Source: Candidatus Saccharimonadota bacterium (GTDB taxonomy: Bacteria; Patescibacteriota; Gracilibacteria; BD1-5; UBA6164). From it: a stretch of DNA of 32,000 bases. The translations under genes were made by a program, and so were the position numbers. The notes beneath the pieces were generated by a model that made no database searches, was not told the origin of the DNA, and saw nothing but the letters and a program-made list of their open reading frames with translations. Below, piece by piece: positions 18,265 through 28,579 of the stretch; within the stretch, counting starts at the first letter, position 1, and each line of letters begins with the position of its first letter. The DNA is taken from the NCBI GenBank assembly GCA_965229705.1, contig OZ245922.1:210001-242000 (forward strand), written 5' to 3'.

Positions 18265-20031
18265 ATGAAAAAAAAGATGTATGTTTACGGTGTTATTTTT
18301 GCTACGGTTTTTTTCCTTTCGTTTTCTCAAATACAGGCATCAAGTATTGAAAAAGCCTATGAGAGCTTTACCAACAAAATTAAGGAGCAGTCTCCCTCTC
18401 AGCAACAAGCAGTACTTCGTGGATTAGGAAGTAAATTGCAAGACCTGAGTTATCAAGAAAAGTATCGTACATATACCGCTTTTTTTGATCAACTTTCAGA
18501 TCTCAATAATGAGAAAATATTTGAAATATGGCAACAACAAGAGCTTTCTCATACGAGTCAAAAAAAGAAAGAAGACAGTGAGGAAGTGATATATAAAAAT
18601 GCTCAAAAAACAGCAGAAGATACTCTTCCAGAATATATAGCAGATTTGTTGCAATGATCACAGAACTATGAATTTTTTATGATCAATGATCAGCAAGAAA
18701 TATATAAAGATAATAGTATTTATAGACTGCTTTTTTCAGAATATTTTCCTATTAGTAAAGAAATAGTTTCTCTCCTGCAAGATAAGAGAGGGATGATAGC
18801 ACAGCTCGGAGAGGGAGAATATATTTTTATTGAAAACTTTGAGCTTGAGAGAAAGATTCCATACTCAGAACTCGCTGAAGAATTTGTGTTTGTGACTCCA
18901 GAAATAAAATTTCATCAGAATAATCAACAACTCTATGCGTATAATTTCTCAAAGTTTCAATACTACGGAGATGTATATGGTTTGTATCGTGAACAGCTCA
19001 GGCGTTCTTGATTTTCTCAAGAGGATACTCTGATATATCGAGATGAAGAGTGAAAATATAATTTTGTATGAGACTACAATAAGCAGTCTCTTGTGGCTTC
19101 AAATACGGTATATGGAGTCAACAATAAGCAGAGATTTTTAGAATATCTTGTAGAAGATGCAAAGGCTCAAACACCAGATGTGAGTCAGTCAATTTCTGAT
19201 ATATCTTCTCAGGTAGAGAAACTGAAGAAGAGCGCTGCTTCTGAGCAAGACTTTATACAAAAAGTGTATGCGTGGATCTTGGATCATACGAGCTACAGTA
19301 GTGTCGTAGACCTTCAAGATGAGACAATCTTTTCGGGTATAGAGACATATGAAAATGCTTCAGGTGTGTGTACAGGGTATACAAAACTTATGGCGTATAT
19401 GTTGTATTTGTGAGGAGTAGAGGATGTGGAGGTGATTCGTGGTCATGTGATAGATGCAGATGATTTTCCTGAGATTGGTCACGCGTGGATCAAGATAGGA
19501 GACCGATATTATGACCCAACATTTGATGATCCTGTCTGAGCACAGCGTACGCGTGAAGTTTCTCAGTATGAGTATTTTGGTCTTCCGAGAGATGTTTTTT
19601 ACGCAAACCGTTATGAGTACGGTGATCTTCCGGATTTTCTTCTATCTGCTGGAGATACGGAAATTTCTGAACATATTTATGATAATCTTGTAAGTATTTT
19701 ACCAAAATATGAGAGGAGTCTTGATATGTATCCTGTTTTTTGAGAAATTCAGTTTCGTGAGGAAAACGGTCTCTCACCATCAGAACTTCTCACTCCAGAG
19801 TCTCTCAGTGAGTATGTGGAGACCCTGCAGGTACGAGATGGGAATGTGAGAGTGAATATATGAGGGAGAGAAGTGGAGTTTCGTAGTATTTTTTATTATC
19901 TTTTAGATGAGGAAAATATTGAAAATGTATTGGATATTTTGAGCTATGATTTTGAGGATGTATATCTCTTGCAGTGGTATAATAGCGATAACTCTTTTGA
20001 TTGGAGATTGGTGTATCAGTGGAGTGAGTAA
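18265..20031 (+). CDS. Secreted transglutaminase-like cysteine protease-fold protein
   Basis: 588 aa joined across TGA from track ORFs 18265-18657, 18679-19011 and 19093-19413, all in one frame. Sec-type signal MKKKMYVYGVIFATVFFLSFSQIQA. Transglutaminase-core triad context: SGVCTGYTKLMAYML ... EIGHAWIKIGDRYYDPTFDD (Cys, His, Asp). TAA stop at 20029-20031. Confidence 0.75.
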
Positions 20032-20076
20032 AAAAAATTTGATTTTTTGTCTTCTATTGCATATAATACAAAACAG

Positions 20077-20115
20077 CCTTCTAGAAATCTAGAATGGGCG
20101 CGTATTTTTTATTTT
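20077..20115 (+). terminator. Rho-independent terminator after the transglutaminase-like gene
   Basis: CCTTCTAGA-AA-TCTAGAATGG hairpin (20077-20097), then GCGCGTATTTTTTATTTT. Confidence 0.6.
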
Positions 20116-20139
20116 CACGCAGAATTCACTAAAGAAAAA

Positions 20140-20497
20140 TATAGGGAGAAAACATATGTATTTTATTGCTGAGAACCCTCATAAAGCAAAAACTTTGTAC
20201 CTGGCCGGAGTGGCCATGCCAGGTCAGTATGTAGATATGAGGATTCCAACAGAAAGCCCGGCAATTATGCCGAGAGCTCAAAATAGGTTTTTGACACGAA
20301 TAAAAAAAAGGAACTCTGAGAGAATGAAAGGTTTCATCTTTCAAAGGAATCATTGTTCGAATATTAAAGCGAGAAACGCTCGACGCAAGACACAGAAGCT
20401 TAAACGACGACTTGCGTCGTAAGCCCGGGGGGGGCGGCATATGCCGCCCCACACATCTCTCCATGATATCTTCTGGATTTTTCCAGAAGATTTTTTG
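20140..20497 (+). ncRNA. Candidate structured non-coding RNA, class unresolved
   Basis: An island visibly richer in GC than its surroundings, within a 727-bp intergenic gap. Stacked hairpins: CCTGGC/GCCAGG 20200-20223; CGGCA-ATTA-TGCCG 20259-20272; GAAAG/CTTTC 20326-20342; GCTT..ACGACG-ACTTG-CGTCGT-AAGC 20398-20424; GGGGCGGC-ATAT-GCCGCCCC 20431-20450. It ends in a clean intrinsic terminator, TCTTCTGGA-TTTT-TCCAGAAGA plus TTTTTT (20469-20496). Strand was inferred from that terminator. Only the unconvincing 88-aa basic track ORF 20156-20422 overlaps it. Confidence 0.5.
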
Positions 20498-20758
20498 TTA
20501 GGGAAATGCGGAAAAACTTCGTATTTCATCGTCAAAATCCAACATTGTCTTCAAACTCGTACAATGAGTACGCTTATTTCAGCCAAGTTGATTTTTCCTT
20601 GAACTACTTGTTTTTACACATTTCCTATTTTTCCGTACTTCTTTAGTATATAAAAAGTATATATTTTTTTGATTTTTATAGAAAGTTTTTTATAGTAATT
20701 CAAGGACTCATCCATAAAATATTCTCAGAGTTTCTTTACGCAAAAGTAATTATTATTT

Positions 20759-23700
20759 ATGAACAAAGCAGATTTTCAAAAAAACTATAACATGCTCAAT
20801 CCCGAGCAAAAAAAAGCAGTTGATACTCTTGACGGACCGATAATGGTCATAGCCTGACCCGGAACAGGAAAGACGCAGATAATAGGAATGCGAACTGCAA
20901 ACATCATCCTCAAAGCTTGAGTCGATGCAAGCAATATTCTGATCACTACTTTTACCGAGGCAGGCGTTCTCGCAATACGAAAAAGACTGATTTCTATGAT
21001 AGGAAGTGAGGCATATAAAGTGCAGGTATCAACCATACACAGCTTTGCGCAAGATATTATCAAGTCTTTTCCTGAAAAGTTTACTGAGGATAAGATGAAT
21101 ACCGCGCTTGACAGCATAGAAAGCCTCGAGATCATATGAGATATTCTCTCAGGGCTCCTCTCAAAACATCAGCTCGAATATCTCACTACATATGGTGATC
21201 CCCTTTTTTATGGGAGAGAGATTTCACAACAAATACAAAAAATAAAATGAGAAGGGATATCCCCGTCAGACTTTCAAGATATTATAGATGAAGAAGAAAA
21301 AAAATCACTGCAGTGGCTCGAAGAAAAACGAAATAATCCCCGCATCAAAAAAATAGAAACCTACCAAGAAAAACACGAGAAATATATAGGGAAGCTCAGA
21401 GAACTCCAAAAAATCTTTCAACGCTATGAAGAGTTTTTGAGAGAAAAGAGCTTGTATGATTTTCATGATATGATCAATATTGTTCGTAAAAGACTTTCAG
21501 AAGATACTCAGATGCAGGCATATTTTGCCGAAACATTTCAATATATTATGATAGATGAGTATCAAGATACTAACACCCCTCAAAATGAGATTATTGGACT
21601 CATAGCAGAGCAATCAGAAAACCCCAATATTATGGTAGTTGGAGATGATGATCAGTCTATTTATCGTTTTCAGTGAGCGAATATCGAGAATATGCTAGGT
21701 TTTAGTACCTCATATCCTCAAGCTCTTTTGATAGTGCTTACAAAAAATTATCGTAGTACACAAAGCATTCTTGATGCGGCAAAGTCCTGTATAGAACATA
21801 ATAGTGAAAGACTGATACAAAGAATACCAGGACTAAAAAAACATCTTATTTCACAAGTCTCTACCTCTACACAGTGAAACATCCCCTCTCCATGACAAGA
21901 CAAATCATCTGTCTCTCTCTACGAAGCAGCAACAAATATCCATGAAGATCTCTATATTCTCAAGAATATAGAAGCATGCTTGTCATCATGAGTCGCGCAA
22001 GAAGATATAGCAATCATTGTTCGATCAAATACAGAGGTTATCTATTATTCTTACCTTTTAACTCAAAGAGGGATTGCTCTGAGCTCAAAGTTTGAATCAA
22101 ATATCCTTGACTCAGATATTATACAGCTCTTACTTTCTTGCGTAAAAATAGTTGAAAATCCCTACGAACATGAGAAAGACTTACTTGATGTTCTGCGGTC
22201 TCGTTTTTCTGGAATATGCCATATGGATAGCCTCAAGATGAGTCATTTTCTTTATAAACAAAACTATGGAAAAACTCGAAGGTATGCCATGAGAATATTT
22301 GATCTCTTGAGTAATGAGCAGCGTCTAAAAGAACTTGATCTGAGAGATCAAGACTCCTGCCTCGCTTTTGTTCAAAAAATTCTTGATCTGCAGAGGATTG
22401 CTGCAGAGAATAATTTTGCGTATTTTCTCTCAGAAATGATTGAACACTTTGAATTTCTCAGCTGAGAAAAACATATATGTCGTCTTGAACAGCGAGCAGA
22501 TATACTGACGCTTTTTCATGAAGTTCGATCATGGATGAAAGGAAGAAAAAGTATGAGCATTCAAGACTTTCTCAAAAAAATAGAACTCTACATGACTCAC
22601 GGATATCATATATCTCGAATACAGACTCTATGAAAGATATCGGGTATACAAGTACTGACAGCTCATAGCTCAAAGGGTCTCGAATATGAGTATGTTTTTG
22701 TTCCATGACTCAGAGTTGGATCTTGGGAAAGTAAGATGACTCGCAAACTGATATCTCTTCCAGAGTGAATGACGGGAAATGGTCTCCAGTTTTCAGATAT
22801 CAGTATGATGAGTGATGTAGAAAAGAAAAAATATCTTTCAGAAAGGCAAATGCAAGAAGATAGGAGACTTTTCTTTGTGGCTATCACGCGAGCAAAAAAG
22901 CGGGTGCTTCTTTCTTATCCACAAAGTAAAGATGGCAAGATTCATATTATTTCTCCATTTCTCTGAGAAATTTGAGAGTATGACAGAGATGACTGTATAC
23001 TGAGTGAGTGAGAACTGGCAGAGTGAATGAAGAGTGTTATACAAAGAGAATCAAGTTGTATAGAATACGCTGATGATATATTTGTGTATATAGAACAATT
23101 TTTTGAAAACTACAAACTCTCAGCAAGTGATCTCAATACTTTTTTATTGAGTCCTAAAGACTTTTTATATCGAACTATTTTATGCTATCCTTTTGAGGAA
23201 AATGAGAATAGTATTTTTGGAACTATGTATCATCGAACACTCGAACTATTTTATCAGCAGATACAAGAGATGGGAAAAGTCCCAGATATCTGATATCTTC
23301 ACTATGTTTTTGACAGGCAACTAGAAAGAGAGTTTGTGACAGATGAACAGTTTCATAGGCTCAAGAAACGCTGATATGAATCACTAGAATGATATTATAA
23401 AAAGTATGAATGAACATTTAGAGCGCCACTGAAGACGGAGTATAAATTCTCTCGAAGAAATGTTTTTTTTGAGGAAATTCCCTTAACTGGAATTATTGAT
23501 AAAATAGAGCTTATCAGTGATGATTTTCAGCCTCATACTTATGTTGATTGAGGTCAGGGAGGTCTTTTTTCTCAGAGTGTGAGGATTACAGATTATAAAA
23601 CCTGAGCAGCAAAATATCTCTGACAGATCAAATGACAAGACAAAGATGGAAATGCTTTTTCAGGATATGAAGAAGGGAGGCATGGTCGTCAACTTATGTT

Positions 23701-23911
23701 TTATAAACTGTTGTTTGAAAATGATTATGAGCTTCATTCACAGTTTCAGATAGGAGAGTTAGAGCTCGATTTTTGTGAGGGAAAAAATGGAAAATACAAA
23801 CGAGTTTCTGTAGAGTTTACCGATGAAGAATATAAAGAATTTCAAAATCTTGTAAAAAAGAGCTATGCTCAGATGAGGGATGTAGATTTTTGGAGAGAGT
23901 TTCTCGGGTAG
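20759..23911 (+). CDS. UvrD/Rep-family SF1 helicase fused to a C-terminal PD-(D/E)xK (RecB/AddA-type) nuclease
   Basis: 1050 aa, joining seven same-frame track fragments across TGA. Motifs: Walker A VIA-G(TGA)-[80 protein letters not shown]. The C-terminal nuclease-like motifs are LTGIIDKIELI ... VRITDYKT-G- ... GRQLMFYKLL. TAG stop at 23909-23911. Confidence 0.85.
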
Positions 23912-23915
23912 TTTC

Positions 23916-24476
23916 TTAAGTGCTCTTTTTTCTTTGATATACGACGAAGCTATATGATATATCTTTGTGCTTCTTTGTCTCACTTTCAAATATTTTTTCA
24001 AAGTTTTCATCAATACCATCAAAAAATACATCACAACCATAGTCTCAGATGACTTTTGTGAGATATATTTTCTCGAGTCTTTCATCGTGTAACACACTAT
24101 TATATAGTTGAGATCCTCAAATGATGAAGATATGTTCTACTCTATTTTTGAGACCGGTCTCATTGTATAAGTAGTTCAAACAGCTTTCTAGGTCTCAAAA
24201 TTTGAGACCGGTCTCAATACTTCATATTTCTCAAAATCGTCAATAACTCTGTGAGAGAATAGCGTTATATCTCTGGGGAAGAGGACGATATTTTTTTGGG
24301 ATTGATTCCCAGGTTTTTCGCCCCATAACAACGGCGTTTTGTTTTGCCTTATCTTGGGTATGTGTTGTGATACTTTGAAAATACTTCATGTCTTCTGGGA
24401 TTCTCCAGGCGAGATCACCATCTTTCCCAATACCATTTTTATCGTCTACGGCGAGGATGAGAGAAAATGTTTTCAT
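23916..24476 (-). CDS. folA: Dihydrofolate reductase
   Basis: 186 aa. Motifs: MKTFSLILAVDDKNGIGKDGDLAWRIPEDMKYFQSIT, VVMGRKTWESIPKKYRPLPQRYNAILS, IFII-G(TGA)-GSQLY, IYLTKV. TAA stop at 23918-23916. The real start is an internal ATG of track ORF 24240-24602. Confidence 0.88.
24147..24216. repeat. Two exact copies of the 16-mer TTTGAGACCGGTCTCA (12-bp palindrome GAGACCGGTCTC) inside folA
   Basis: Copies lie at 24147-24162 and 24201-24216, 54 bp (18 codons) apart. An extra half-site GGTCTCAAA lies at 24191-24199. Each copy encodes ETGLK on the minus strand. Confidence 0.8.
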
Positions 24477-24555
24477 AATACTTTGTATAGCTATTGTTTT
24501 ACATATCTTATAAACTTTTCTGAAAAATACATTTAAAAATCTTGCAAAAAACCAT

Positions 24556-26904
24556 ATGCTTCTTGGTATGAAAGCAAACAATAAACAACAAGAAGCCATC
24601 ACTCACACCAAAGGTCCACTCCTGATTATTGCAGGAGCAGGTTCAGGGAAAACGGCAACATTGACTCAGAGAGTGCAGTATATGATTTCTGAAGAAGGCA
24701 TTGCTCCTTGAAATATTCTTGCTCTTACCTTTACCAATAAGGCAGCAAGTGAGATGAAAGACCGTATAGGCTGAGCTATAGGATCACAGTATCATCCTCA
24801 TATGTCTCGAAATCGTCACCTGCCATATATCGGGACATTTCATAGTTTTGGGATATATATCTTAAAAGATATATTATCAGCAACTTTTCCTACCTGACTT
24901 TCGAGTGAAGAAATATCAGAAATGATAGGCATAAAAAAAGACTTTATTATCTACGATGAAAGTGACAAACTTTCAGTAATGAAGGGGATTATCAAAGATG
25001 ATATGTGACTGATTGAAAAAGAGTTCCCTCCTCGTCAAATAGCTTATTATATCTCTGACGCTAAAAACAAATTACTCAATGCAAAGCAATATACAAATCA
25101 AGCTGATACGCACTTTAAAGCAGTTGTGGCAAAAGCATTTGAACTCTATGAAAAAAAATTGAGAGAAAATAACGCTATGGATTTTGATGATATACTCTTA
25201 AAACTTTTAGCTACTTTTTGTATTCCTCAAGTAAAAGATTTTTATCAAGAAAAATACACATATATCATGATAGATGAGTATCAAGATACCAACCTTATAC
25301 AGTATGAGATAGTCAACCTGCTTGCAGAGAAATATCAGAATATTGCCGTAGTCGGTGATGATGCTCAGTCCATTTATTCTTGGCGTTGAGCGGATATGAG
25401 AAATATCCTTTCTTTTAAAAAAGACTATCCCAGTGCACTCGTAGTAAAGCTGGAACAAAACTATCGTTCAACAAAAAATATTCTTGCAGGAGCAAATCAT
25501 GTTATCAAAAATAATACGGAATCTCTCGAAAAAAATCTTTGGACAGAAAACACTGAAGGCGAAAAAATACAAATAGTAGAAAACAGCGATGATCGATCTG
25601 AGGCAAGCACTATAGCTGAAAACATTAAAGATTATGTAAATACTTCACCCTCAGCCTCTCTCCTTAGAGGAGAGGGGAGTACAAGGAAGTATTCAGATAA
25701 CCTCATCCTCTACCGCACCAATGCACAATCACGCTCTATAGAAGAGTGACTGCTGAAGCATGCTATACCATATAAGGTTATAGGAGGCATGAAGTTTTAT
25801 GACAGAAAAGAAATCAAAGATATCCTTGCCTATCTCAGACTCATTCATAATAGTAGTGATCCAGTGAGTTTTCTCAGGATTATTAATACTCCTTCTCGAA
25901 AGATATGAGCAAAATCACTTGAAATGCTTTCGAGCTTTCGAAACTCTTTTGGTATTTCCTTTATTGATGTACTTGAGAGTATAGATGATATCAAAGACCT
26001 CAGACCAGCTGCAAAAGAAGCCCTGAAATGATTTTATGAGACTTTTTGTATTTTAAGTGAATATTCGCGCACTCATAGTGTGAGCCAGCTTATTTCTGAA
26101 GTTATTAAGAGAGTGTGATATCAAGAGTATCTCCGAACACAATTTTCAGAAGTAGAGTATGAAAGTAAGAAGGAAAATCTCTCTGAACTAGGAAATGTTG
26201 CGAGTGAATACTCGGGGCTCGAACCAAGAGAATCCCTTTCTCTTTTTCTTGAAGAAGTGGCACTTATCAGTGATCTTGATAATCTCACTTCCAACCCCTC
26301 TCTTTCCCAAGAGAGTGGAGCTCTCAAAGAAGAAGATAGAGGCTTTGTGACGCTTATGACGATTCATACCTCAAAATGACTTGAAGAAAAACGAGTCTTT
26401 GTTGCAGGACTTGAAGATGGTCTTTTCCCACATTCACGAACACAAAATAATCCAAGTGAACTTGAGGAAGAACGGCGACTCATGTATGTTGCAATGACGA
26501 GAGCGAAAGAAGAACTTTTTCTCTCTTACGCTAAAGAGCGTCTATACTTTTGAGACTATGTTCGCAATCCAGTAAGTAGGTTTTTGGGAGAGATACCAGA
26601 GGAGTATACAGAGTCTCAGGAGAATGCTTCGAACTCTTTTTCTGGGTTTTCATTTGCTCCCCTCTCATCTAAGGAGAGGGGTTGGGGGTGAGATATAAAG
26701 AATCATGAAGAGAGGGGAGTTCCTGTTGGAAGAGAGATAGTTCAAAATGATGTTTCTCTGTTCAGAGTGTGATCCCAAGTTGAGCATCCCCGTTTTGGTG
26801 TATGAGTGATAGATAGTATGATAGGAGAAATAGCAGAGATACGATTCCGAGAAGGAGTAAAAAAGATGAATATTCGTATTGCTCCAGTAAAATGTATTTC
26901 GTAA
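24556..26904 (+). CDS. pcrA: ATP-dependent DNA helicase PcrA/UvrD
   Basis: 782 aa from ATG 24556 (an in-frame ATG also at 24568) to TAA 26902-26904. Motifs: [107 protein letters not shown]. The C-terminal module reads HPRFGV-G-VI. Confidence 0.92.
25655..25677. repeat. CTCTC/GAGAG-core hairpin element, copy A (in-frame in pcrA)
   Basis: CCTCTCTCC-TTAGA-GGAGAGGGG forms a 9-bp stem including one G-T pair. It encodes ...[10 protein letters not shown]... within an apparent insertion before LYRTNAQSR. Confidence 0.6.
26298..26315. repeat. CTCTC/GAGAG-core hairpin element, copy D (in-frame in pcrA)
   Basis: CTCTCTT-TCCC-AAGAGAG forms a 7-bp stem, preceded by CCCCT. It encodes ...NPSLSQES... within an apparent insertion between ISDLD and VTLMTIH. 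Confidence 0.45.
26659..26681. repeat. CTCTC/GAGAG-core hairpin element, copy B (in-frame in pcrA)
   Basis: CCCCTCTC-ATCTAAG-GAGAGGGG forms a perfect 8-bp stem. It shares the arm GAGAGGGG with copy A but is read in a different codon phase (GAG AGG GG versus G GAG AGG GG...). GAGAGGGGAGT recurs at 26711-26721 and at 25670-25680. Confidence 0.6.
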
Positions 26905-26916
26905 AAATTATTTCTT

Positions 26917-27813
26917 ATGAATAAAATAGCACTTCTCACATGATGACCAGGCTATGAGAGAAATATCGCGCTGAGTTCTGCCAGGTTTTTTGAACAGTTT
27001 CTTTCCTGTGATTATGAAAAATTTCTTCTTCCAGAAGAGCAAGATATTTTTATGCAGAGAGCATGAGAGTTTGATATTGTAGTCCCAGTTCTTCATGGAG
27101 AATATGGAGAAGATGGAAAAATACAGAAACTCTTAGAAGAGAAAAATATACCATATATAGGTTCAAATTCTCATACAAGTGAGTTATGTATGGATAAAAA
27201 AAGAGCCAATATTATAGCGCGTGATAATTGATTACGCGTCCCTCAGGAGATTTGTTTTCAAAAGTGAGAAAAAATCTGAGAAGCAGACTTGTATCTTGAT
27301 TTTCCTGTGATGGTAAAACCAAAACGAGGCTGATCAAGCTATTATACGTATAAGGTCTGAGATTTTTGAGAACTTCAGCAAAGACTTAGGGAGATACATG
27401 AAAATATTGATGACGATATTTTGTTGCAAGAGTATATACTCTGAGATGAATATAGCGTTCCAGTAGTAGATAACGAAGTTCTTCCAATAATGAAGCTAGA
27501 GAAAAATAATTCAGAAGATTTTTTTGACTATGAGTCGAAATATGAATCAGAGTCATGAATGAGAGAAGTGTTTTGACAGGCGAGTTTTGAGATTCGAGAA
27601 AAACTTACTCACGCAACAAAACTTGCACAGAAAATATATGATCTAAGATGATATTTTCGAGTAGATTTTATAGTGAGATGAGAGGAGGTATTTTTCCTTG
27701 AAGTAAATACTATTCCTGGAACAACAGAGTCATCGATACTTCCAAAGGCATGGAGACTGACAGGAAGGACAAATGAGCAGATGCTGAGTGCTATACTTAT
27801 GTCAATGCACTAG
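26917..27813 (+). CDS. ddl: D-alanine--D-alanine ligase
   Basis: 298 aa. Motifs: MNKIALLT-G-G-PGYERNIALSSA, PVLHGEYGEDGKIQ, MDKKRAN, FPVMVKPKR-G-GSS, RVDFIVR-G-EEVFFLEVNTIPG. TAG stop at 27811-27813. Confidence 0.88.
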
Positions 27814-27872
27814 CGTGGAATGAATGAATCACAATCAAAAAGCTTCTCCTTTATTATATGTAAAAGCTCATT

Positions 27873-28565
27873 TTATAATCTTCAGTGGTCTATATTATCT
27901 ATAATTTGTGTGAGTATAGAGAGAGTATCGAATTTTTTTCATACTACAAGTCACTCAAATATAATAGGAAGCTCAGTACATGCTACAAGAACGGCATCAG
28001 TATTATATTTTTTTACTATCTGACTTATAAAATCTTTATCTTCAGAGCTTACGGAATCTTTCATAATGTTTTCTATGACAGCGTCTATTTGTTTTTGCTC
28101 TTTATCATTCACTCTAGTATATCAGATATTATACTTTTCTAGGTATATATCATAGAGTCGGGTCTCTCTTGTAGTATGAGAACCAAGTATGAGAATATTT
28201 TTCACGTCTGTTTTTTCTACTTGCTTCACAGTTTCTTCTATTAGATTTATAATCTTTCCTAAAGAATTACTTTGAAGAAAGTCATAGTATATATGAATCG
28301 TGTTACATGCCATGAGAATTGTATCCACTCACGCTTTTTCAATTTGTCTCACTCATGTAAGAAGTCACTGCTTGACTATACTTTCATCTTCGATTCCTTT
28401 TTCGGAGAATCCACAAAGACTCAAACTATTAATAATAAGGTGTGGGTACTCATAATCTTGAATAGCATTATATTTTTTCTGATAGTGATTCAGTATGCCC
28501 TTATAAAGGTAACAGCTTGCTTCAGGTCACATTCCTCCAATGATTCAGATAATATGTTTTTTCAT
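27873..28565 (-). CDS. Aspartate/glutamate racemase family protein
   Basis: 230 aa. Motifs: MKKHII-G-IIGGM-G-PEAS, DTILMACNTIH, ILILGSHTT, AVLVACTELPII. TAA stop at 27875-27873. Track ORF 28122-28328 is the central fragment. Confidence 0.85.
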
Positions 28566-28579
28566 AGTAGTAGTTTTAG

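Noticed and set aside
20039-20067. Near-consensus promoter TTGATT-N17-TATAAT that might drive the candidate ncRNA
   Set aside because: It lies upstream of the terminator hairpin of the preceding gene (20077-20115), so transcripts from it would mostly terminate. It may be a chance match in AT-rich DNA. The true promoter of the structured region is unresolved.
20156-20422. 88-aa highly basic ORF with a decent Shine-Dalgarno-like sequence (AGGGAGAAAACATATG)
   Set aside because: Its composition is atypical for coding sequence in this genome, being GC-rich with Arg/Lys runs. It resembles no family I know, and it is built almost entirely from self-complementary hairpin segments. It is more likely a by-product of a structured RNA, though this is not formally excluded.
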